Shown in pieces: positions 1 to 11,140 of a stretch of DNA of 64,000 nt (its first letter is position 1; each line of letters begins with the position of its first letter). Where the stretch lies: the NCBI GenBank assembly GCA_010909165.1, contig VJWM01000025.1, forward strand, positions 1,178,001 to 1,242,000. The letters run 5' to 3'. Both the position numbers and the translations under genes were made by a program. The notes under the pieces were generated by a model. It searched no databases, was not told the origin of the DNA, and was given only the letters and a program-made list of their open reading frames with translations. The DNA comes from Anthoceros angustus. Its lineage: Eukaryota > Plantae > Anthocerotophyta.

Positions 1-703
1 CTCTCCCTTCCCATGGCCACTCCCAAAATAAGACCTAAGCGTGTTACACCCACCTGTGATGCTAGGATACCGAGCAATGAAATAGCTAAGGTGACATGCC
101 TTGAATTGGCTTGCGCCATCGACCAACACGGTGTTCTCTGGTCGAGGAATCACGCATCTTTGCGTTGTGGTAGCGACTTTTGTTGTGGTCGGTAGGCGCG
201 CACAATCCCGTGTCGTTGTAGTAAGGAGTCCGTTCCCAAGAGAATGATAGCTCCGTTTGCCGCGTTTGAGGTCTCTCACCTTACTTTGTGTCCGCTCATC
301 TTTAACATACGCAATCGTCGTTTGCGCCTAACTACTCGCGTTCATAGAAACGAGGCCGGTGTGGCAAGCGTTTGAGACCCGTTTGCGTCCGTATCGTTCA
401 CGCCGCGTCACTCGTTTCTTTAGTCCGTTCCCTCATCACTCTCTCCTCGCTCATCAACCACGGAAAAGAGCATGAAGTGGCTACGGTCCGGACCTCCTCA
501 GTTGCTCGTAGGGCCTCTCGGCTCTGCCGCCCTCCGAGTTCCTCCAGGCTCTGCGTTCCGGTCCGCTCGGCGTTGGGCGGCTCTCGACGAACAAGGTCCC
601 GGTCGCTCTTCCACACACACCACCACGTTGGGTCCGTCACGGGACCTTGATCGATCTCTCCGGGTATCGTGCACCTTTCGATGACTCGGGACTCACGTTA
701 GCA
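1..703 (-). mobile_element. 5' internal region (leader, possibly gag start) of an LTR retroelement running off the left edge of the window
   Basis: Lies directly downstream (minus strand) of the LTR-like segment 704-1115. It starts with a PBS-like TGCTAACGTGAGTC (703-690) and contains a charged minus-strand ORF (398-640). No diagnostic domain recognised. Confidence 0.35.
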
Positions 704-2025
704 TGAAGACACACAAAGGCGCAAGCAGCATCAACACCAAGAGAAGATGATTTATTCAGAGTAGCCTCAGCCCTCTTATACTACACCCAAGTCGGCGTCT
801 TTATTACACCCCTATTCAGAGCTGGTGGCCAGCCCAGTAGGCCCTAATCGGCCGCCTACCATCCTATTCCTCCCTCCTATCTCCTTGGCGGTGGGCACAG
901 GAAGGTCCACAGGTTCCTCGGTATTGGTGGTCCAATCTCCCGTCACAGCGGCTCGGGCGCACCCAATCGGATGATCCGGCGGACCCCTTCCTCTTCCGAA
1001 TCACATCGAGGTTGGGCTCGGCGGTGCGGCGGCCGCCGTTACCATAACGTCTTCCCCTCGGCCCCGAGTGGGTCCCCTCCCGATAGAGACCACCATTGTC
1101 ACTCCCCAGCGTAAGTGTGGAATGGGTTTTGCATCGAAGACGCAAAGAGGCCACATTTACCCTCTATGTCGTTATAGTCCTAGGATTCGATCCCAAGGGA
1201 ATGGTGTTGTGTCAAGGTGTGCTAAATCTATGGATTCTAGACCTACGTCGCTCGCTACCCCACCTTCTCCACTACCCCCAAACCCACCGTGGTAGACTCG
1301 GCCACCGCGGTGGCAGTTCGACGTGGCGGGCCCCACCACGCCTTCGCGAGTCTATTCGTCACGACTTCTCTAACACGGACCTAGGCTATCGGACACCTAT
1401 ATCGCCTCACCTGGAATTTGCGATCCTACCACACGCTTCCACTCCCCTCGCGTTTAGATTTTCCCTCACGCTCTCACAATCCCTCGGTAGCTCACAACTA
1501 CCTCAGGAACCTTTCCCAATGAACTCTCCCTCGTCTCACGGGCCACACAGACCCCTTCCTTGGCCACAGACCCCTCTCTCATGGAATGAACACACACAGT
1601 GGCGGTTGGAAAGAGGATCGGGAAAACCCGGTCGGTGCTTGGGCGATTCGCCTTCCGGATTCCGCTCGGCCGTCGCGGCATCCTACCTCTTTTCGGTGGC
1701 CACCTTCCGTTACCCAGGCGTGGAGCTTGGCCACTCCGCTCTCGACCATCCGAGATCTTCCGGCCTTCTTGTGACGAAGGCAGTGCGCGCGTTTGATCTT
1801 GACGACGTCTCCAATCAACCCCACTCGGCGGTTCGATACGGAAGTTCACACGAAATCGTCGCCTTGAGAGACACCCAAAGGGTCTCTTATACATCTGTGG
1901 TCCAACACGACTCACTTCTCTTTAGTGTCTAAAATTGTAGCTCCTACCACGGCCCTTACCAATCTAAGCAACTGCTCTACGGTGATGGAACTCCCTATCC
2001 TCTGCACGAAAAACCCGGTCCTAGG

Positions 2026-4250
2026 CTATCGCGACTCCCTAAAATCAGGCCGCCTCGCGATTCTGCCTCGCCCTCGGCCCATGGGGACCCCTCTCGCTCT
2101 TGGCCTCGCCTGAGCGATTTTCCCCACAACCTCCACCTCGCTCTCCTGAATTTCCCTCGCGCCTTCCCGCGGCCGTTGCGTGACCTCTATGTCCATTGTC
2201 CGCTCCTCCTCATTTGGACAACCATACGTGTGCTCCTCCCTCCATGCTCGCTGCGCCTCGCTCATCTCTTCCGGCACCACTTGCGGAGGATAGGCGCCCG
2301 CTCCTACTCGAAGGAACCAGCAGTAGCGCTGGCGGTCAAGATGTCTGGATGGTTTACGCCCCTCCTGTCCCAACAACCACATACACGTTTAGAGTGAGCA
2401 CGCTCACCATGCGGCGGCAGGACATGAGCATCCTCATCCGGGCCAGTAGCTGTCGCCCTTCGATCTGAGGTCCTTACCCTCTCCTCCGTGGACAATCACA
2501 GGCGGTGCTGTTGATTCTCCGGGGATCATCCCTCCATCTGCGACACTCCGTGGTGACTTCCCCACCTCGGTTCCCGTTCCACGACGGTGGTGGTTTAGCC
2601 ACCGTGGTGGTTCTTCCACGGTGGTTGTTTTGCTCCTGCGGTGGGCATGCTCGGCCTTTCTTGGTTTGGCCACCTCTCTCTTGACTCGGCCCTAGCCGTC
2701 TCTTTCCGCTTGTACCTCTCCTTCTTCTTGAATTTCTCCAAGGCGCCATCGCTTCCACTGCTCCGGACTCGCGAGACCTCATCTTGAAGCTCTTCAATTG
2801 TAGCATGCGCCCCTTGACTGATTTACTAAAGCTTCTGCGAGTGGACATGTGCCTCTTGCTCACATGCCTTGCATAAGGCCGCCGCACTCCGTCTGCGCTC
2901 CTCGGCCGCCTTCGCCTTCAGGCTCTCCAACTTCTCCTTGAGCAACTTCTCCTGCCTTGTCGGTAAGTGAGAGCCATGGGCTTGATCGAGGAGATCCGCG
3001 TCGTGTGCCATGGCAAGTCAAACCGCAAATCCCCAAATTGGGCTGTCCCTTGCCCATCCGCCTCCACAACAATTCTTGTCTGGCGGTGTCTCCTATCCCC
3101 ACCTCGTAGGACGGTTCGGTGAAATGTCGCCAAAATGTCCGGAGCTCCGTTGCGGTCTCGGCGAAGTTAACCCCTCCTCTCCTAGGGGTTGGTGCCTTGC
3201 CTCTTCCCGCTTCATTCTCCCTAGCGGCGTTCATCCCTGCACAGGAGGGAGCAACTTGCCATTTCCCTTTACTTTTCCTCCTTTACGTTCCTGCTGGTCT
3301 TGACTGGTGACCACAGGTGTGGCTGTGGGTTCCTCCTCTGGCTGCCCTCCCTTCTTCGCCGATCCCCGTTCGATTTGCCCTTCGCTTCTTACCCTTGGAA
3401 ACTTCCCCACCCTCTTAGAACCTTCCGAGCGCACTCCCAAGCTTCTGGAATCCTTGCCCGAATCCTCCTTCAATTCCTCCTCTTCTACCTTGAGTTCCCC
3501 TTCCATGCGAGGCGGACCGACTTCAACTCCGTTAAACACGGAATGCGCAAATACATGAATCGAAAAGGCGAAATCAAGGAGGGCCGAGGGAAGAAGAGAG
3601 TAATCGCCTTCTCCTCACGGCTCTTTGAAAATCATCCTCCCCAATCAATTTGTGTACCCTTGACCACCTCGTGAAGAAAAACCAAGAAGTGATCCGCCAT
3701 ATGATCCGGCTTAGGTTACGAAGCACAAAATCCATTTGGCCAATCCCACCGTGCGAGACACGAGTTGGCGAGTCACCCATTGTTCACTCTCACTTCCCAG
3801 GCTTCATGGCGCGGCCGCTGCGGCTTTCAAGGTCTTCTTTGGGGTCAATCACCAAGCTCCCATCCTCGATGCTTCGCCCATACATCGAAAGAGGCCAAAT
3901 CCAGTTGCGGCCTTTTCCTCGCGTCACCCTCTTGCGACTTGGTCCTTAATTGCGGCGCACTCTTGCACCAATGCGGTCATCGTAGCACCATTTCTTCTCC
4001 ATGAACTTGAGACCAGCTCACGGTGTCTCACTTTCCATGGTCCATGTTGGGCCGCTGCGTGAGTGGGATTTCGGCGCTCGGGCGCCATCTCCTTCTCTCG
4101 TTGTCTCCCAAAACAAAACCTCGACTACCCTGCGGATCACGGTCGGAAGAGAAAAAAAATCGAGCCGCCCTCGCGCCTTCCACGCCTCCTCGCGAACTTG
4201 CGGCTTTCTCCTCCGCGCCGCTCTGCCCACGTCGTGCGCCTTTTCCTGCC
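2026..4250 (-). pseudogene. LTR-embedded accessory ORF (charged/coiled-coil protein, ~700 aa if frameshifts are repaired); second copy at ~12325-14400
   Basis: Consecutive minus-strand ORF pieces (3574-3780, 3231-3539, 2826-3011, 2474-2887, 2026-2382) with coding-like E/K/R-rich content, e.g. GELKVEEEELKEDSGKD and EKLLKEKLESLKAKAAEERRR. The same pieces recur in the other LTR. Confidence 0.6.
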
Positions 4251-4507
4251 AGTGAGGCGGTGATTTGGCTGGCGTCGTAGCGCGCCCCTCTCTTCTGCGG
4301 CCTTTTCCTCCTCCGCGCCCCTCACGGAAAGTCGCGACCTCGCAGTCTTGGGTGTGCCCTTCTCCCGATTCGCTCGTGGGTAGTCCCGCTCCGCCACTAG
4401 GGTTGTAAATTCCCCACAGTGCATGCGTCCGTTTCTCGGCCACCGTGGTGGAACTAGCCACCACCCACTTGACTACACAACTGTGGCATATTGTGAGCAT
4501 CCCTAGC

Positions 4508-4515
4508 ATATATAG
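4508..4515 (-). promoter_or_regulatory. Putative TATA box of the LTR promoter (CTATATAT on minus); copy at 14861-14868
   Basis: TATA motif ~230 bp from the LTR 5' end, preceded by AT-rich sequence, present in both LTRs. Confidence 0.5.
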
Positions 4516-4743
4516 ACACCTTTTATTCTAAAATTCCCAATACCCAAGGACTCTATTTCTACCCCACCTCGGGGTCAAACCTAAGGTCGAAAAATTATTA
4601 TTATCTCCAAGGGCCAAGGACCATTCCGTATAAAAGACGACTCGGGGATTCTCAAAGCACTCTGCTATTCTAACACACCCAAAACAAAAAAATCGTTCAC
4701 CACGACACTTGAGGCGGGGTTAGTTCACATGTGGTCTTCCACA

Positions 4744-4756
4744 TACTCCCTTCTCA
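4744..4756 (-). other. Polypurine tract GAGAAGGGGAGTA
   Basis: Purine run immediately before the 3' LTR on the minus strand. Confidence 0.9.
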
Positions 4757-4769
4757 TTTGTTGGCGTCC

Positions 4770-7700
4770 TCGCCAACTTATTGGTAATATTTCTTGACCC
4801 GCCAACCGTTGGCGTTGGCAAGGGTGAGCCACTAAAATCTTGAGTTGAATTGATCCGTTGTCGAAAACTTCGAAAACTACGAAGGGCCCCATCCATCGAG
4901 ATGTAATTTACAGAAAGTGCATGTATCGGTTATCGTATAGTAAAGCGGATCCCGGGAACAACGTATTCTTGGCCTTCAATCTCTTGTCGTTACTCCTTCC
5001 TCCTGTCTTGGACATCCCGCATAACTTGGAGGGCTTGTTCTCTGTCCTCCGTGTGTCGTGAAACCCACCAACCTTTCCAAGCGACTTTCCTCCACGGCAT
5101 TCGACTTGGTTCCTGTATTCTCGGTGGAACTTGAATTCTATTGGCATGATGAATGCCGTAAGTAAGATAATACGGGTTTGCGTTGTCACCTTTTCCGGTC
5201 CGATCGCCCCAGTCTTGAATCATTTCATATCGATCATCGCATAGCGGTGAGTTTGGTTAGGATCTTGCACAACAAGCCATTTGCCTTTTATTGGCTTTTG
5301 GGTTATAAGGCGTGGACTTCACGCGCGTTGAAGTGGTTGGTCATGTTGGAATTACGATTGACGAAATGTGTTCCTCATCAGACCCGGCTCCGGTAGCGCC
5401 ATATCGGTGATGATTTGCTCGAGCAGAATCGCGCGCGCTGCGCGAATCTGTGCACTCTACCATCCGCGTCGATGTCTGGCCACGGGATGTATTGGTTTTG
5501 GCGAGCCTTGGTTTTTGGATAGGACCGACAAAATCGATTCCCCATTTCTCGAATGGTGCGGTGCAAGTATGGGGACAAGGGGCCATTGGGTTGTTCTTTG
5601 TTGGCTTGCCGACCCTTTGCAAGCGTCACGGCGCTTCACGAACTCCGGCATCCTTGTACATTGTAGGCCACCAATAGCGCCTCAAAATTTTCCGCATGTG
5701 ACATGCGGCATAATGACCTCCTCTTCTTCGTGTAAAGAGCTCGGGACTCGCTCCTTGATGCGTACCCATAACGCTCCCCCGTCCGGTGACTCGGTATAAA
5801 TTCATATTGTGCCGTGTGAATGGTGCGGAGTAGTGGACAACGCTTTGAATCATGTCTTGGATAGATGTGGAGGAATTTGGCCTGCCAAGATAATCGTATA
5901 TCTCGATATGTTGGTCTTGAAGCCACCCTCCCTTCTCAATCGATGCTGGCTCCCTCCTTCCGAACTGGGCTTCACTGGTTGGTTTGCAACTCCTGCAGAA
6001 AACAGTGTCTCATCGGGAAAGTCGTCTTCCTGATTCCTTTCCACCTTTCCTGTTTTCAATCGAGATATGAAGTCGGCATTGATATGCTTCCTACCCTCTC
6101 TCGTTTCCACTGTGAAGGTAAACTCCTGAAGCAGCAAGATCCAGCGTGCTATGCGTCCCGAAAGGTCAGGTTTATTCACAAGGTGTTTCAAGGCAAAGTG
6201 GTCAACATGGAACACAAATTCATACGAGAGGAGGTAGTGTCGAATTTCGACCGAGTAAACCATTCCGGCTTGGCTCCCTCCTTCCAGGCTCGTTGGTTTG
6301 CAACTCCTATGACAGTGTCTCATCGGGAAAGTCGTCTTCACTGGTTTTCCACCTTTCCTGTTTTCAATCGAGATATGAAGTCGGCATTGATATGCTTCCT
6401 CTCTTCCTTTGTGAAGGTAAACTCACAGCGGCAAGATCCGGCGTGCTATCGTCCGAAAGGTCGGTTTATTCACAAGGTGTTTCAAGGCAAAGTGGTCAAC
6501 ATGGAACACAAATTCATACGAGGAGGTAGTGTCTCGAATTTCGACCGAGTAAACCATTCCCGATGCTTCGCGCTCCGTGGTGGTATACTTTCGTTCCGCG
6601 TCCGTTAGTTGTCTCCCAGCATAGTAGATCGGAAAATCCTTCTTCTTCTCATCCCGCTGGGGCACCCAATTGCAAATCTGAAACATCAAGCAGCGTGGAA
6701 CTTCTTACTCGATCCGGTCCTTTAGCGTGGGGCTGTAGCGATGTGCGTAAGTCACGAAATGCTTCCTCCCGTTCGTCGTCCACTCCCACTCCCGATCCTT
6801 CCTTAACAAGCTCGTTAGTGGCGGCCGCTTGGCGAAATTTGGAGCAAGCGTCTATAATATCCCGGGAACCGCGGAGTTCCTTTAGCGTTATTGGTGCTCT
6901 AAGGGTGGCGATGACCTTTACCTTGTCCGGATCTACTTCTATACCTCGGCTTGAAAATTCGATGCCCCAGCGAATTCCTCGACATGCAGTAGCACTTTTG
7001 GATGCGAGCATAATTGCGTTGCTCGGCGGCGCTCGAGGCACTTCCGAGGTGCGGCGGATGGTCCCAGCGGTCACAGTCGTCGGAAAACTTCCATAAAGTC
7101 GCGAAGGAAGTCCTTGAAAATTTTGTGATGGCTCGCATGAAGGACCCGGTGCTCCGTCAACCCAAATGCGCTGCGCTTGTAAGCATATGTCCCCCAGTCG
7201 GTTGTAAAAGCGGTCAGAGGCCAATCGCTCTCCCTAAGGTGCAGCTGATTATACCCAGTACCGTCTAGGAATGAATCGCCATTACACTGCGACGGATCCG
7301 AGGATATTATCGATGAAGGGTAACGGAAAGTGATCCTTCTTGGTGACCTTATTCAACCTTCTCCAGTCCTGACAAACTCGGATTTTGCTGGCCTCTTAGG
7401 TACTACCACTATTGGAGCCACCCATTCGGTATTGACTATAGGATAGATCACGTCGCCTTGAGGTACATCTCCAAGCGATCCTTTACCTTGAGGAGTACTT
7501 GGTTAACTTGTCTTGTGGAATCCTTCTGGATTGCTCCACGGTTCCGAGTCAATCCTATGCTCGCCCCATTCTTTGGGGATCCCTTCATGTTACCTCGGCG
7601 AAAACATCGATAAATTACGCAGCGTTGCTTCATTCCTTCCTCAACGCCGCATCCATTGTTACGGAGAATTTGAGCACCACGGAAGAACCTCAACGTCCTT

Positions 7701-8600
7701 GACTTCATCGGACTGTACCACTCGCTCTCGTGCGGTGCTAACCCGAATCCTTCTTACGGCTCCGTTCCTCTTCTCTCATGCCCCATTCCCTAAACAAATC
7801 CTCCGGCGTGAAGCGTGGCGCCTCCTCCGCCTTCTCCACTGCTGTTGAATCCACCGGACCCCTTCCGGAAGAACCTCAACGTCCTTGACTTCATCCACCA
7901 CTCGCGCTCTCAGTGCGGTGCTAACCCGAATCCTTCTTACGGCTCCGCGGTTCCTCTTCTCTCATGCCCCATTCCCTAAACAAATCCTCCGGCGTGAAGC
8001 TGCGTGGCGCCTCCTCGCTTCTCCACTGCTGTTGAATCCCCGGACCCCTGGAGCATTCGGCGGTTACCCGTAACGACCCTCGGGGTTAATTGTATATGGA
8101 TATCTCTGCGGTAGTCCGCTCCTCATCGAGACCATGAGATGTGTGCGAACGGGAACCTGTCTTCCTCTTCCATTTCCCCTGACGTATCCTCTGCTGAGGT
8201 GTACCCCTCTGTTTCGGTTGGAGTTTCACCTGCATACATATCCTTACTCCATGATAGGCAAATCCTACCTTCCTTAGTCTTGGGATCCCATTCCAACGGT
8301 TTAAAGCCAACTTCCTTTCTTCCCCACTTGAGCGTGCATTGCGATGCGTACATCCACGTTCGACCAATTAGGACGTCGTATCCCAGCGACTTCTGTTGGA
8401 TAACTACATAATCCATCAGATAGGGGATGGTTCCAATGGTCGTTAGCACCCTGTCTTCCCCAAGCACCATTACGGACATGTCGTAGCCTCAAAACCTTGG
8501 TAGTATGTTCAATATCCAAGCCCAATTTCCTAGCCGTGTCTTGTCATAATATTTACACACCCGTGTCGAGAGGCACTCCTTTGATGACACATCCGAAATT
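4770..8600 (-). pseudogene. pol: pol (PR-RT-RNase H-integrase) of the Athila-like element, frameshifted
   Basis: PR region 8123-8479 (YDVLIGRTW). RT ~6750-7450. RNase H ~5850-6690 (VDHFALKHLVNKPDLSGRIARWILLLQEF). INT ~5150-5700 (YWWPTMYKD, PFEKWGIDFVGP). C-terminal WMGPFVV near 4880. No chromodomain. Confidence 0.9.
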
Positions 8601-9099
8601 TCCACAGGTTGGTGGGCCTTGATCCACCATGGATACCAAGTTCACCTGAAATTTGGTATAGGAACATTGCGCCTCTTTTGGGTTGCGCCTCTTTTAACGC
8701 CCTCGATCATTGCCTATACGCGGATTGTCTCGGAGGAGTTGTCCGAATGTGATCATGAAATGTTGGTCCATGATGGCCTCGGCGAGATTGAAAGAAGCGG
8801 TGGCCTTACGCCATCCGAGTTTGGTTGGTGTGGGTTCCTTCGTCATGACTTGAGTGCGGTGGCCCTTCCGGTGGGGTGGTGGACTCCCACAGGGTGGTGG
8901 AAATCGACACCCCGCCTTTTCCCCGTAGCCTCCTTGCCAATTCTTCTTGTATCATATCCATGACTTCGCCCGTCGTCCGGTGGAAACCCTAACTCGGTTC
9001 GGTAACTTTCTGAAATCGGTGGGTTCCACCCCTTGACCTTGTCGTGACCTTCATTCACCTTTCCGGGAACACTCAAGTCTCCATCACTCTTTTGCACAT

Positions 9100-10790
9100 A
9101 TGGTCCATCCGCCAAGTCACTGCAGGACTTGTTTTTTTCGTCTTTGTAGCGTTCCCGCGGTGTTGGTATTTCCGCCCCAGTGGTGGCGACACTCTCTCCC
9201 TCATCGATCCGTGGTCGTATCCGCCTCCTTTCTTCTTTTTTCCCCGTCGCCTCTCTTTTGCTTTTGTGCTCCTTGTTCTAACGACCATGGCGGAGGCTTC
9301 CCCATAATAATCGCTTCCTCTGCGTCTAATCCTCCAAGCTCCTCGGGGTTCCAATCTCGGCATCCTCCCATACCGCCATAAGTGCGTCCTCAACATGCAT
9401 GGCGGACAGGACTTGGGTTTGGCGAACTCCGTTACGGGTGGGCTGTGATCCTCACCGTCTTCTGGGGCTTTGGCGAGCACACTTCACGCCAAATGCCCTG
9501 CGCTACAATCTTGACATAGTTTATCAAAATCTCCATTGCCTTGGAGTTGGATAAGGCATGCGCATAGTGTCAAGGTTGCGACAATTATAGCACAAGGCGG
9601 TGCCCATTGGATTGTTACCCTGATTCTGACGCCTACCCGTGGAATTACGTAGGTTGGCGGGTACATGGTCTTTGGGTACACTTGGGTTGGTGAACCTCCG
9701 GATCGGTATGTATCTTCCACGGACCCTCTTCCTCCTCTTCCTCATATCCCGGTGTACCCTTGTCGTCGGACAATTAGCTTTGGAGTGTCCCTGCGCCCAC
9801 ACGTTGAGCAGAAGAGGTTGGCTCGTGGGTTCGTGACCTCTCCGCCTCTCATGTTCCTTGACCGCATTAAGATGGAATTTCTCGAATTTTGCCATCATCT
9901 CCTCCATCTTGTTTCCCTGTTGTTCTACTTTCTTGGCTACCTCAGCCTCCCTCCTCGCTTGTTCCGCGTCCTTCTTTGCGTACATCGCCTCCTGTTTTGC
10001 CCTTGCCAGCTCCTTGTTGTCCCGTGCACGACCCTTCATTTTCTTTTTCCATTTGGCGCGCTCCTCATCGATGGCCTTCCTCCGACATCACTCGTTTCCT
10101 CCTCAGGAACTTTACGTGGAATCTTCGTGGAGCTTTCTTCACGATGAACTTCCTTAGGAGGATGAGGATCCTTCTTTTTCCAGTCGGCTTCTTCTTCTCC
10201 TTCTTAGCCTTCCTCCTCCCTTGCGGGTTGGATTCCTCATAGTTTAGCGCCGCCTTGATAGCCTTGCCCAAATTCTTCTCCGCTTGTAACCTTCGTGTCT
10301 CCCCATCTTAGAACCCGGGCCTTTAGCGAACCACCGTATTGCAACTCGAGTGAGGGCCACTTGATCGCGTGGTGAAACCTCTCCACATACGCTGCAAGGT
10401 TTCCTTCTTTCCTCTGCGGTTTTCAAGCTTGGACAACACGTATCCCTCTCGTCAAGCCCCAGACCTTTCACAGGCGGTTTTAATTCTTCATAGGTTCTTT
10501 GGAGGTGTGGTGACTTGAGGTATTCGCCTATACCACTTTTGGACCCCGAAGAACTCCATAGAACAATGAATCTGTGCATCTCCGCTTCTGGTTTGCAAAT
10601 GTCGGTGCTCAAAGCGCTCAACAAATTCATCGGGGTCTTCATACCCTTCCCTCTCCATACACGGATAAGGTTGCTTGGTGGTGACCACCACCGTGTGGTG
10701 GTGGTCATGACTATCGTTCTTGATTCGTGGTTGGTCCAACAACGGTTCTGCGAGTCGATTGATCTCCAATCGCACACTTTTGGAAGAGGT
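9100..10790 (-). pseudogene. gag: gag of the Athila-like element with four dispersed CCHC zinc knuckles and a coiled coil
   Basis: Knuckles CSVCGEVS..RDQ (~10390), CSTCGR.GHSKANC (~9820), CYNCRNL.HYAHA (~9580), CQDCSAGHLA (~9505). Coiled coil KELARAKQEAMYAKKDAEQARRE. Confidence 0.8.
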
Positions 10791-11120
10791 CGGTGGATGG
10801 AATTGGTCCGAGGTTCCTTGGTGGTGGTACCTCGTCCAAGTCCGAGGTTGGGGATCTTGCTCCAACAAGATCGGACCCCGTCCCACAGTTGCTTCCTTAC
10901 CTCCTTCTCCTTCCAGCAGGTGCGTCTTCGTGGACCCTCCTCAACTCGCGGTTTGCAACCCTTTTAACCTTTCCGATTGCTTGGCGTTGTCGCTTCTCGT
11001 GTGGCCTTCCGTCCGACTTGACTCGAACCCTCGACTCAACCGTGGCATCCATCTACCTAACTAGATACACTCCAAAACTAGACACCTAAGCTATGGTTAG
11101 TCCCCTATAACCTTGAGTTT

Positions 11121-11137
11121 CATTCCCGGCAGCGCCA
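11121..11137 (-). other. Primer-binding site TGGCGCTGCCGGGAATG (resembles the tRNA-Asp-type PBS of Athila elements, missing 3 nt)
   Basis: Starts with TGG 3 nt after the 5' LTR end. The Athila consensus is TGGCGCCGTTGCCGGG. Confidence 0.8.
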
Positions 11138-11140
11138 AAA

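Larger units (their letters stand above)
1116..4743 (-). repeat. 3' LTR (3628 bp) of the Athila-like element
   Basis: Direct repeat of 11141-15107, TG...CA ends, preceded on the minus strand by the PPT. Confidence 0.95.

Noticed and set aside
2026-4250. Calling the LTR-embedded ORF an env gene
   Set aside because: It is highly charged with no evident transmembrane or signal segments, and it lies inside the LTR rather than between INT and the PPT.
4770-5200. Chromodomain at the end of the Athila-like integrase
   Set aside because: The frame ends shortly after the GPF motif and no aromatic-cage pattern is seen.
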